Shown: in pieces, positions 54,201-62,573 of the stretch
Position numbering within the stretch: the first letter of the stretch is position 1
Layout of the letters: each line of letters starts with the position of its first letter
Assembly: GCA_012026655.1 (NCBI GenBank)
Contig: JAAILG010000009.1
Span: 124,001 to 188,000 of the forward strand
Length of the DNA stretch: 64,000 nt
Direction of reading: 5' to 3'
DNA from: Hydrolagus affinis
Lineage: Eukaryota
Notes under the pieces: generated by a model
What the model saw: only the letters and a program-made list of their open reading frames with translations
What the model was told of the DNA's origin: nothing
Databases searched by the model: none
Program-made: the position numbers and the translations under genes

Positions 54201-57200
54201 TAATGACATGTTTTAGAATATCATGATCACCTCCCATGTGATATTTTGATGACACTGATTGTGGAGTCAGTCACTAATATTTTGGATGGGCTCACGTTGT
54301 TCCAGGTCACACGGTTTGCCGCGGAGTGCAAGCATTACCTCAGCCAGCTGGACGTCGGGACTCCCAGATTGCCCAGATCGGCGGTCCTGCAGCAGCTTGA
54401 GGGTTACCAGCGGAGGTTTGGAGACTTCTCCGCGGACACATTCCAGCAGGAGAAGGTCCGGGTGTCCGCGCTGAACAGCACCAGAGGCATGAAGGTGTGG
54501 AACACACACTGGCTGAAGTTTCAGGAGGTCAGACAACTCCTGGAGGAAAAGCTGGAGATTTGCAGGAAGGCTGTAAGGGATGATAACGTTCATTGCACTG
54601 GTGACAGGAAATCACCAGGGAACACAGTCCATGAGGGCAGCAATAACTCAGCTACAACCACCATTAATAACTCTGGTAACTCCACGAATCCAGAGGACGT
54701 AATTTGGAGGCGAGAGAAAGACAATCAGCCCCATCCTACCATGAAAGTTCATAACTCTAACGAAAACACAACCTGTAGACAAGATGTGGTTCATTCATCA
54801 AGTGGAATACCGATAAACTCTTCATCCTTTAACTGGCCCCTGTGGCTCTGTCCATCCCAAGGTTCGAACAGAGACAGCAGAACACAGTTCAGTTCTTTAC
54901 CCTGTTATACAGACCCCATCTTTTCTCCTCCTATCCGGCACAAAAGCTTTCCTTCCAGAAAGATCATGCAGGCGGCCCAAGGCTTTCAGCTGTCAAGGCA
55001 CCAGAGTTTCTGCTCTGAAGACAGAGGACCTGAGAACGCTAAGCTAGTCAACAACGATAGTTGCCCCTCGGTCCATGCCAGCCCAAGGCTAAGCCGGACT
55101 CAAGGACCGAACTTGTCACTTGGGACGATCCAGGAACCAACAACAGAAATGAAAAGACATGGCTGGTGAGAGCAGAACATATATACACACAATAACACAC
55201 TTGCAAGTGGAAGATCTAGATTGACACTGTTTGTGTTTGAGTCACTGTCATGTCTCCTAAAGGTTTTCTAGACTTATTCTTGCCCTGTTTTTCTCTTGGT
55301 CATTTCAAGCACTAAACTGCAGCGAATCATGGAGGAGATGCTGATCACGGAGAGGGAGTATGTGCGTTCTCTTGGTTACATCACTGCTCACTACTTCCCC
55401 GAAATGGAGCGGCCAGATTTGCCCCAGGACCTCCGTGGACAGCGGGCGACCATCTTCGGGAACCTGGAGATGCTGCATGACTTCCACAGCCGGTACTTTC
55501 TGAAGGAGCTGGAGGGCTGTGTACAAGATCCCGTTAGCGTCGGTCCCAGCTTCCTCAGATATGTGAGTTACACTCCAGATTAATATACAGTCAGTTTATA
55601 TCACAGTATATTCTGTGAAGAGCTTTGAGAAGTCTCAATGTCATAATAAGGCACTATATCGAATGCAAGGAGTATTATTTTTATTAATTTGTATTATCGG
55701 TCAGCCAGGAGTGTGAAGTATGCGGAAACCCATCACATGTGCTAATTTAACAAAACAACTTGATGTTGTGTGAAGATCTTATGTGCTATTCAAGAAGAGA
55801 AGAGAGTAGAGCTTCTCCTGTGATGTGAATAATTAATTAACAAAATTAATTGTTCATTCCAGGATCGTTTGTGGGACAACATCTCCGTGTACAGAATTAG
55901 CTGTAGCTCATACAATTACACAGTCACTACAATTTATAGTAAAATCCCGTGAACCGCTTTGAGACATCCAGCAATATAATAAGGCGCTGTATCAAATTCA
56001 AGGATTATTATTATTATAATGTAAGCGTCAACGTGTTATGCTTCTAACAAATGCTTCGATCTCCCTCTGTCCTCGTTTTTAGGGGGAGCAATTTGCACTG
56101 TATGCGTTGTACAGCAAGAACAAGCCCCAATCGGATATCCTGCTCAGCAGCCACGGCAACACTTTCTTCAGGGTAGGTGCTGGAATTACACTATCAGGGC
56201 TCACAATTCCATCCAATTCCATCCTGACTTGGCCTGTGGGAATGTTTTGTCTTAGCGTTCAAGATCATACAAATACTAGAGAAAATTCTTCAATTTGTTC
56301 TTAATTTTTAAAGCTTTTTTTTGTTTAAAACTGTGGAAAATCCACCTCCAAATTAAGGTGAAGATGCTCATACCTATTTCACTTTGACCCTTGCACTGCA
56401 GGACCCTTAAAATTAAGCCCGAGGTGGACTTTCATCGCCCAGTTGTCAGGAGGGCTACGTACTTAACCCACCCCCTCTCCCCTCCCCCCATTCAACCCTA
56501 TCAATGGGGATGCTGAATTGCAATAGTAACAAGGAATACTGAATTCTCATCTTTTACCCTTCCTTCTCCAAGTCTACAATGCTAATAGAGTCCTCCCATA
56601 CAAATTCCTTCATACCCCAGCAACTCCCTACCTCTCTGATCTTCTTGTACCCCACTCTTCGGCTCACCCCCCCCCCTTCACTCCACTGTGAAGCAATCTT
56701 GAGATGTGAGTGAAGGACACTGTATCAATGCAAGTTGTTGTTAAAAGAAAATCAGATTAGACCGTTTGTGGCATTTTGTAACCCATTCCTAACGATCACA
56801 AGGAATTGTAATTTGCTGTGCTTTACTGTGTATTCCTTCAGGATGACAGAAGAAGTGTACAGTGAAATAGTCCAAATTATGCCCGGTTAACTGGGTATAT
56901 ATTCAGGTTCCTGGTGCATGGATTTAAAGAGGGCTTGTATTGAAACGTTGCTAGGCTAACTTCAGCATTGAAATAGTTAATCTTCCTGCTTATTCTTCTT
57001 CTTCCTTGGCACAGTCTAAACAGCTGGAGCTGGGAGATAAGATGGACTTGGCTTCCTACCTGCTAAAACCCATCCAGAGAATCAGCAAATACAACTTACT
57101 TCTGAAGGACATGATCAAAGAGTGTGGTACAGCCCACAGCCAGGAACGTAAGCAACTGCATGTAGCTCACGAGATCGTCTGCTTCCAGCTTCGACACGGA

Positions 57201-60200
57201 AATGACCTACTTGCCATGGACGATATACAGGAATGTGATGTAAGTGTGGCTCCACTTCTGCCCATTCTGATGAGGTAAGGACAGTGTGTCCCTCTGGGGA
57301 GAGAGAGAGAGAGAGATAGAGATAGTGGGAGCACTCGTTTCCAGGCAAGTTGTTGACCTCTCCATCTGGTTTGGATACTGTAATTTGCAATCTTACTCCA
57401 TTATATGCAGTTCACTTGGAGATGTCCCTCTCAAGGCTTTTTTATTCGTTGCTCACATCAAACATGTACTTTCCATACAATTTCCAAGATTCCACAAAAC
57501 ACTTGTTGCAAAGCCTCCAATGTGCAAAATTGGCCTGAATTTGTTATGATGCAATTAAAAGTATGATAGAACACAGAAATAAGCAGAATCCTAATGGCAG
57601 AAAATCTATTCCCAGGTGAACCTGAAGGAACAGGGCCAACTCTTACGTCAAGATGAATTCATCATATGGTATGGACGAAAGAAATTGTACAGGCATGTCT
57701 TTCTCTTTGAGGACCTTATACTCTTCAGCAAGACCAAGAAAACAGAGGGAAGCAATGACATCTACATTTACAAGCAATCCTTTAAGGTACTAAGAATGTT
57801 TTACACCTGGAATTATCTGCTGCTGAAAACCGAATTAATCTGTTTTAGATAATATTATAAATGTTGCTAATATAGTATAGAATTATATTTGTATGTCAAA
57901 TATCTGATTGGGTAATGTTGATTCAATTTGTTACATGTTCATGCGTGAAAATTCTTCATTTTCCCAAGTATACATCCAAGCAAAGTAGAATTGGATGAAA
58001 AGCCTATTCTTCCCTGATGGATTGGATTTAATGTATGCTCTGTTTTATTGATATGTTTTAGACATCTGAAATAGGAATGACACACAACTCTGGCGAGAGT
58101 GGGTTGCGCTTTGAAATTTGGTTCAGGCGGCAGAAATCCCAGGATACCTATATATTGCACTCCCCATCCTCTGAGGTGAAGCAAGCCTGGATAGAAGACT
58201 TGGAGAGAATACTGTGGAACCAAGCTTTGAGGAACAGAGGTAAGTAAACTAATGTGAAGGATGCACTGCTATAAATAGGTACTAAAGATGGAAGATCATT
58301 AACAATCTTAGGATTCAGATTAAATACTCTCCTACACATATATTATTTATATTGTATGCATTTTTTTTTACTTTAATGTTGAGACAGTGTCATACGTTTG
58401 ATGATTTTTATTGAATGCACTTATGCTTGGATTCTCTGAGTACAGGATACAGGTTTTCTTCTTAATGCAGAACCCTCTTGAATGCTGTCTATTCACCCTT
58501 ATATTTGTCACCTATCTTCCAAGTCATAGAGTGTGTTTATATCTGGGACACAGAGCAAATCGAATTCTTCAATTCAATCTCTTTCTTAGGTGATTTTCCA
58601 GCAACAAAATTTGCAAGTAATTCCTTTAATTTTAATTTTTTCTAAAAATCATTGTCAAATATATTCTGAAAATGATACAGGAAAATGACATCAGGAAATC
58701 ACATCACTTTACATTACTGCTAACAGAAAGCATTGTGTCTTGTATACCCTATGGCGAGAAAGCGATCTGGATCACACCTAATGGCATTTTGAAACCTCTT
58801 AAGTTCTGTTTGCATTGTATTTAACCCTTTCTCCCCTGCAAATAATACATAACATATTTCCCCTTGACTTGGCGAAGTGTATGTATTTATGTCCCAATAC
58901 AATAATGAGCATGCTGCAGTTAACTATATTCTCCCTTCTGATTAAATACTGGCTCTAAATTTTCTTTAATTTCTCCTGAATCAAATTCCTACAGTCGTCT
59001 TAAAGATGAATACATCATGTGGTATTGAACCACATAGACTAAATGACTGATATTGTACTCTGCTGAGTTAGCTGATCTGTGTTGAGACAGTTATGGGGGA
59101 TGTTATATTTGGTACCACTGGTCTGCGGAAAAGGGACACTGTTCCGTTTTTCTTACTCTCATCGCTACCCAGCTATCAGTGAGGCAGCCGTTTCTGTTTG
59201 GGGTTGGGGAAACCAAGATTAAACTCTACCGTGATGCATTTCATGGTTGAAAAAGTTGCAGCTCCCGCTGGCCAAACTAACGTGAATGGAGGACGTGGGA
59301 GAGTTTCCAGGGTCTGCGTATCTGTATACTGGTGTGAATTACTATCTTCAGGGAAAAGGGACAAGGCAAGAAAATTGACTCCATCCCCATTTTTGAATAC
59401 TTTAATCTGACCATTCAAGTACAGAGCTGTCACCCTGTCCATTGATAAAGAGACAGCATTGTAAAATCCCAGGACTCTATCTTTTCCAGAGGTTCACTGT
59501 GCTAAAGTCTTTCTGTCTATCTAGTCTGATAATGATTGCAAAGTGCTCTGAGATATTTTGTCATGATAAGCTGCCATTTATTTTGTGGGAATGGTGGGGG
59601 GAATTATCAGCTGGGTATTTGACACATGCGGAAACCCATCACCATACTTTAGAGTATCCAAATCAAGCTCCAGTAAGAATGCAAGTTCTTTCTAGTCTTA
59701 CGTGCTAGTCTCATGATGAGCCAGGTATATAGCATTGACTGAGAATCATGCCTGAACTAAAGGGCCTTTCACAAAAAGGTTTTCTATTGGAAATACACAG
59801 GGAATGAATCAATGCCTGACTTAACTCTTTGAACATAACAGGGTATCCACTAACTGGCATGGAGTGCATTATTCTACTTACATTTTTTTTCTAGTTTTTT
59901 TTTCTTTCAAGTATAAAAAGCAGCCCCTATCAATTCTGAAATTCCTTCTTTAGAACTTCGGATGCAGGAGAGGGTGTTTATGGGAATTGGCTGTAAACCT
60001 TTTATGGACATCAAACCTAGCGAAGCAGCCATCAATGACCGAGCGGTTGACTGCATCACAAAAGGGAAAGGTATGAGTTTAATACCCAGGTTAGCAAGCC
60101 TCTGAAAAGGGACTGTACTAGACTGGAACACCCGACATTCGTTTGCGCTTAGTCCCGGGTGTAAGCACAGGCCAAATAGATGGTGAAAGTTTTCTCTCCA

Positions 60201-62573
60201 TCAAAAAGATGCTTTTCAATATAAAGATCTGCTTGTCCTTAAACTGCCTTCAGTTACCACTGGGATTAATGCTTCTATCCCCTTTCAGAGGCTACAACAT
60301 GTATCATGGATACAACTGTCACTGGTACACTGGTGTACCTTGTTCTAATCTTGTTGGGATTCAGGTGCCCTGTCAGAGAAGTTGTAGGAGAATTCCCACA
60401 TTCACAAATGGGGTGGCGGTTGATGGACTATATGATGATATGTTTATCAAAAAAAGGTGCTACAGTACTGGGATGATGCCAATTTATAATGGAATAGGTT
60501 GCCTGGCTGTAAAGACTCAAGATCTTCACCTAATGTTCCTTCAGGACTGAGCACCTTCACATTTTGGTGATTTTCTCTTTCCTGACTCTGCTGCTTGCCC
60601 TCTCCACTCAATTAACTTGCTCACCCCCCTCTACTTGGCTAACCTGGGCCTGTCTGCTGCCCATTCACACCACCATCAGTGTCTGAGCCCTCTGCAACTA
60701 TTGGCCTTAATCGCTTAGTCCTTCCTCTATCCCTTCATCTCACACTCCTTCTTTACTGGTCTTTAGATACAAATGTCTTTAAATGTAATAAAATTATTCT
60801 CACAGTTATTATTTTATTTTTAATGCCTTTGATTTACAGCCCAGCGATGGCCAAAAAGGACTCACATGTGTATTTTATTTTTGAATGAACTTCAACGACA
60901 ACATAACATATTTTCCTTCTTTTGTTCTTTCAGAGGCCAGAGTGCCAACACTGTTAGCTGGCTCTGTTCTGGAACAGGCCAAGAGACCAAATTCCACCGG
61001 CTCCAATGGCAGTATCTGTTCTTCGGGCAGCCACGCTTCTTCTTCATCTTCAGGCTTTGGTTCCCTCAACATGCACTTTTATGCCTCTTCTCCATCCACT
61101 TCAGGAGGCACTATTGGCATCAATGGGGCTTTCTACAATACACACATGCGCATCGATGAAGATGATTTGGAGTGTGACCCAGATGACAGGCGTAAGTGAA
61201 CAAATCACAAGAAGTAGGATTTATGTGAGGAAATACTTCCTAGTTTCCATCCTATGCTTCATAGCCCTGAATCTCTGCCGCCTTGTCCTGTTCCCTCAGT
61301 GTATCTTAAAATCTCAATCAGCGTTTATTTTTTTCCACTAAAGTACTGTCCTGCTTTCTTTGTCTGCAGCTGAGAGTTCGGAGACATCTTCCCAGTGTAA
61401 CTCTGCAGAGAGCGTGAGTGGCTTTAGCAGCTCAGAGCATAGCAGCCTTTCACTAACTGGGGGAGACGCAGACGAGTTGTCTTCACTCTGCTCCTCATCC
61501 TGCAAACCCATCTCAGACATGTGCTCCCACAACACACCCCCATTCACAATCCCTGGAGCCTCGAAGGGAGAGCAGCCATTTGGCCATTACCTCAAGAAGG
61601 TATATATTCTGTGCTGCTCCGAACTTTTCCATCGCGCTCTGGAATGCTACGCTATGTGAGGCACCCCATATGTAAACTCTAATAATTATAATAGTAAAGG
61701 CAAATCATTGTTGTTTCCTTTGGTTTACAAACCTGTGCCTATTTAGAAATACTGAGAGATTAATTCAGTATTCTCATCTGTTGAGTTCAGTTAAACAATC
61801 AGATGACGTTTGTGTTATATCTTAACCAAGAAATTTATAGGCGTGTGATGCAGACTTGGAATTGCCGCTTCAAGTTGATGTGTATTCAGTGCAGTGCTCC
61901 TTCAATTCAGAGACATACATAATGGTTCTGTGAAGGAGTTTCTTAATTATCAAACAAAGCTAAGAAATAGCGCAAAAGTGGCACTTAATATCTCCAAAGA
62001 TTTCAGACTATTTTCTTTGATCTTCATTGGTTTTTGTGTGTATGTGGTGTGTATGAGTGTGCATCACCATTATATTCTTGCACATCATTTCAGATTTCAC
62101 CCACAAAATATATAGTCAATTTGCTTTACAGAAAGCGCTTTGAGATATCTCAAAGACATGATAAGGCACTGTATGAATTACAAGGATAATTATCATTACA
62201 TGTATTTGTAGAATTGGATTCTGCGGGTTCGAGTGGATGATAAAGATTCCACGGAACTATTTGAAAAGAAAAGGGAGCCTCTTCCAATGTCCTGGCCACA
62301 GAACAGTCCTTAGGATAAAATCACTTCATGACTGTTTGTAGGACATTGCTTTGCACAAATTGGCTGCCCGATCTACCTTCCAAATAGAGTCTCCACACTT
62401 TACAGTGAATCCCGTGAAGCATTTTGAGATGTCTCAAAGACGTGATCAGATGTTATATGAAATGCAAGGATTATTTTTGTATTCTCCTTCCTTATGTGTA
62501 GAATCAAACAGGTTTTATTTTTTTCCAGGATAATTCTGCTGATATGCCTTCAAACCGCTCAACAGCAGTCTGA
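16212..62573 (+). CDS. quo: Multi-exon RhoGEF gene of the PLEKHG4/PLEKHG4B/ARHGEF40/KIAA1755/quattro family (Solo-type N-domain, Sec14-like, spectrin-like, DH-PH), about 1761 aa, 23 coding exons; best guess quattro
   Basis: Hand-spliced model join(16212..16214,31964..32161,38938..40294,43089..43265,44684..44807,46870..46963,47194..47280,47942..48058,50505..50603,51026..51174,51743..51881,52524..52646,53436..53627,54306..55165,55310..55562,56083..56172,57015..57239,57616..57786,58062..58239,59954..60070,60934..61191,61370..61599,62529..62573) = 5286 nt, all GT-AG with matching phases. Family motifs: [54 protein letters not shown]. Family is secure; the quo paralogue call is from memory of motifs (MTHNSG, QERVFMG) and needs a phylogeny. 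Confidence 0.85.
17088..17245 (+). mobile_element. 5' half of long-subfamily tRNA-SINE
   Basis: GAGTCCTG head...GCCTATGTTTACCTAGCAGTAAGTAG central segment. Confidence 0.75.
17265..17742 (+). mobile_element. Deu-domain SINE (SacSINE1/AmnSINE-like), near full length
   Basis: tRNA-like head, then GGAGGTGCCGTCCTTCAGATGAGAC...GGATGTTAAAGATTCCATGGTACTATTC, matching my recollection of the Deu-domain consensus, then the shared L2-type tail. Confidence 0.75.
18851..19225 (+). mobile_element. Full-length long-subfamily tRNA-SINE
   Basis: Head, central CTGTTTACCTTGCAGTGAGTA segment, tail; internal 14-bp tandem duplication TCCGGTGGATATAA at 19017-19044. Confidence 0.8.
20056..20356 (+). mobile_element. 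Full-length tRNA-SINE (short subfamily)
   Basis: A-box, B-box GTTCGAATCC, body, (TTA)n tail. Confidence 0.9.
21330..21555 (+). mobile_element. CR1 LINE 3' fragment
   Basis: Degenerate ORF2 end (RTDIRKYIF...RVVEVRTL) and CR1-type 3'UTR; related copies at 2620-2725(-) and 8450-8630(+). Confidence 0.7.
21880..22030 (+). repeat. Unclassified dispersed repeat, representative copy
   Basis: Core GCATGGTGATGGGTTTCCATATGTGTCAGACACCC recurs at 22680-22810(+), 24850-24975(+), 43550-43705(-), 46295-46400(-), 59608-59705(-). Confidence 0.75.
23298..23690 (+). mobile_element. CR1 LINE ORF2 C-terminal relic
   Basis: Frameshifted peptide resembling the CR1 ORF2 end (..[33 protein letters not shown]..). 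Confidence 0.75.
24291..24400. mobile_element. 110-bp palindromic MITE-like element
   Basis: Ends CCCTTGTAAAAAA(A)GTACCATGGTAATGGTGGT form inverted repeats with one indel; TA on both sides; interior made of GTACCATGGT units. Confidence 0.75.
30659..30702. repeat. Perfect inverted repeat (18-bp stem, 8-nt loop)
   Basis: GAATTTATCACTTCTTGC-GATAAAAA-GCAAGAAGTGATAAATTC. Confidence 0.95.
31795..31908 (+). mobile_element. L2-like LINE 3' end with (TTG)n tail
   Basis: CAGCGCCTTGGGAAGTCCTCCCGACGTGAAAGGCGCT stem-loop plus (TTG)n; other copies at 8650-8715(-), 31268-31325(-), 33225-33283(-), 36340-36403(+), 43962-44020(-), 62888-62950(-), 63262-63315(+). Confidence 0.7.
31964..32161 (+). CDS. Exon 2: [25 protein letters not shown]...VQQDAC (Solo/KIAA1755-type N-terminal domain)
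   Basis: cag|AAT...TGC|gtaagt, 198 nt, phase 0/0, hallmark family motif. Confidence 0.95.
38938..40294 (+). CDS. Exon 3: rest of N-terminal domain ([16 protein letters not shown]...[11 protein letters not shown]) plus long disordered region
   Basis: cag|GCT...AAAG|gtaaat, 1357 nt, phase 0/1, lies within the 468-aa ORF. Confidence 0.95.
43089..43265 (+). CDS. Exon 4: DSSPEL...[12 protein letters not shown] (lead-in to Sec14-like domain)
   Basis: cag|AT...CCAG|gtaaat, 177 nt, phase 1/1. Confidence 0.9.
44236..44460 (-). mobile_element. SINE 3' part with C-rich insert
   Basis: Reverse complement of SINE body + CCTAC..CCCTCCCCCACTGCT..GTCCCTACCT + tail. Confidence 0.75.
44684..44807 (+). CDS. 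Exon 5: [13 protein letters not shown]...[10 protein letters not shown] (Sec14/CRAL-TRIO-like)
   Basis: cag|GA...CCCAG|gtgaga, 124 nt, phase 1/2; GxRDxxGR motif of Trio-like Sec14 domains. Confidence 0.93.
45040..45284 (+). mobile_element. SINE/L2 hybrid 3' part ending in a (GATT)n microsatellite
   Basis: SINE body, same C-rich insert as 44236-44460, L2 stem-loop, about 13 GATT units at 45231-45283. Confidence 0.75.
46870..46963 (+). CDS. Exon 6: [16 protein letters not shown]...SMQ
   Basis: cag|G...CAG|gtgaga, 94 nt, phase 2/0; GLTxVxDxRR Sec14-like motif. Confidence 0.93.
47194..47280 (+). CDS. Exon 7: [17 protein letters not shown]...PGTG
   Basis: cag|GAA...GGG|gtaagt, 87 nt, phase 0/0. 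Confidence 0.9.
47942..48058 (+). CDS. Exon 8: [39 protein letters not shown]
   Basis: cag|ATG...GCG|gtgagt, 117 nt; LTxxLxGTxxYxHxxW motif ending the Sec14-like domain. Confidence 0.93.
49890..50360 (-). mobile_element. Deu-domain SINE with nested CR1 tail and SINE tail
   Basis: Reverse complement of the Deu motif (GTCTCATCGAAAGGATGGCACCTC), interrupted by + strand inserts at 49938-49988 and about 50120-50180. Confidence 0.7.
50505..50603 (+). CDS. Exon 9: [16 protein letters not shown]...SVQ (spectrin-like)
   Basis: cag|AAA...CAG|gtaaag, 99 nt, phase 0/0. Confidence 0.9.
51026..51174 (+). CDS. Exon 10: [36 protein letters not shown]...EDYR
   Basis: cag|GCA...ACAG|gtgcaa, 149 nt, phase 0/2. 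Confidence 0.92.
51743..51881 (+). CDS. Exon 11: [25 protein letters not shown]...KIQQ
   Basis: cag|G...CAG|gtatga, 139 nt, phase 2/0. Confidence 0.92.
52524..52646 (+). CDS. Exon 12: [10 protein letters not shown]...IFPLVM (spectrin-like, conserved W)
   Basis: cag|CTC...ATG|gtaagc, 123 nt, phase 0/0. Confidence 0.9.
53436..53627 (+). CDS. Exon 13: [10 protein letters not shown]...LYAFCDQ (spectrin-like)
   Basis: cag|AAT...CAG|gtctgt, 192 nt, phase 0/0. Confidence 0.88.
54306..55165 (+). CDS. Exon 14: last spectrin-like helices plus S/N-rich linker
   Basis: cag|GTC...TG|gtgaga, 860 nt, phase 0/2, within the 307-aa ORF. Confidence 0.92.
55310..55562 (+). CDS. Exon 15: DH domain start ([20 protein letters not shown]...[13 protein letters not shown]...FLRY)
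   Basis: aag|C...TAT|gtgagt, 253 nt, phase 2/0; DH conserved region 1. Confidence 0.95.
56083..56172 (+). CDS. Exon 16: DH ([18 protein letters not shown]...FFR)
   Basis: tag|GGG...AGG|gtaggt, 90 nt. Confidence 0.95.
57015..57239 (+). CDS. Exon 17: DH C-terminus ([21 protein letters not shown]...[13 protein letters not shown])
   Basis: cag|TCT...GAT|gtaagt, 225 nt; DH conserved region 3. Confidence 0.96.
57616..57786 (+). CDS. Exon 18: PH domain ([15 protein letters not shown]...[14 protein letters not shown]...YKQSFK)
   Basis: cag|GTG...AAG|gtacta, 171 nt. Confidence 0.96.
58062..58239 (+). CDS. Exon 19: PH domain end ([23 protein letters not shown]...[20 protein letters not shown])
   Basis: tag|ACA...AGAG|gtaagt, 178 nt, phase 0/1. 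Confidence 0.95.
59954..60070 (+). CDS. Exon 20: [39 protein letters not shown]
   Basis: tag|AA...AAAG|gtatga, 117 nt, phase 1/1; family post-PH motif. Confidence 0.94.
60934..61191 (+). CDS. Exon 21: Ser-rich tail (EARVPT...[11 protein letters not shown]...IDEDDLE)
   Basis: cag|AG...AGGC|gtaagt, 258 nt, phase 1/1. Confidence 0.9.
61370..61599 (+). CDS. Exon 22: [21 protein letters not shown]...YLKK
   Basis: cag|CT...AAG|gtatat, 230 nt, phase 1/0. Confidence 0.85.
62529..62573 (+). CDS. Terminal coding exon 23: [14 protein letters not shown]
   Basis: Strong polypyrimidine acceptor (ttttattttttttccag|GAT), phase 0, ends in the class I PDZ-ligand-like STAV followed by TGA. Confidence 0.8.
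   Translation, partial: DNSADMPSNRSTAV

Noticed and set aside
60143-60550. 135-aa ORF in intron 20
   Set aside because: No homology recognised, not needed for phase continuity, no convincing splice sites
54267-61547. Minus-strand ORFs overlapping exons (54267, 55305, 57115, 57939, 59907, 60875, 61338)
   Set aside because: Antisense shadows of the real coding exons
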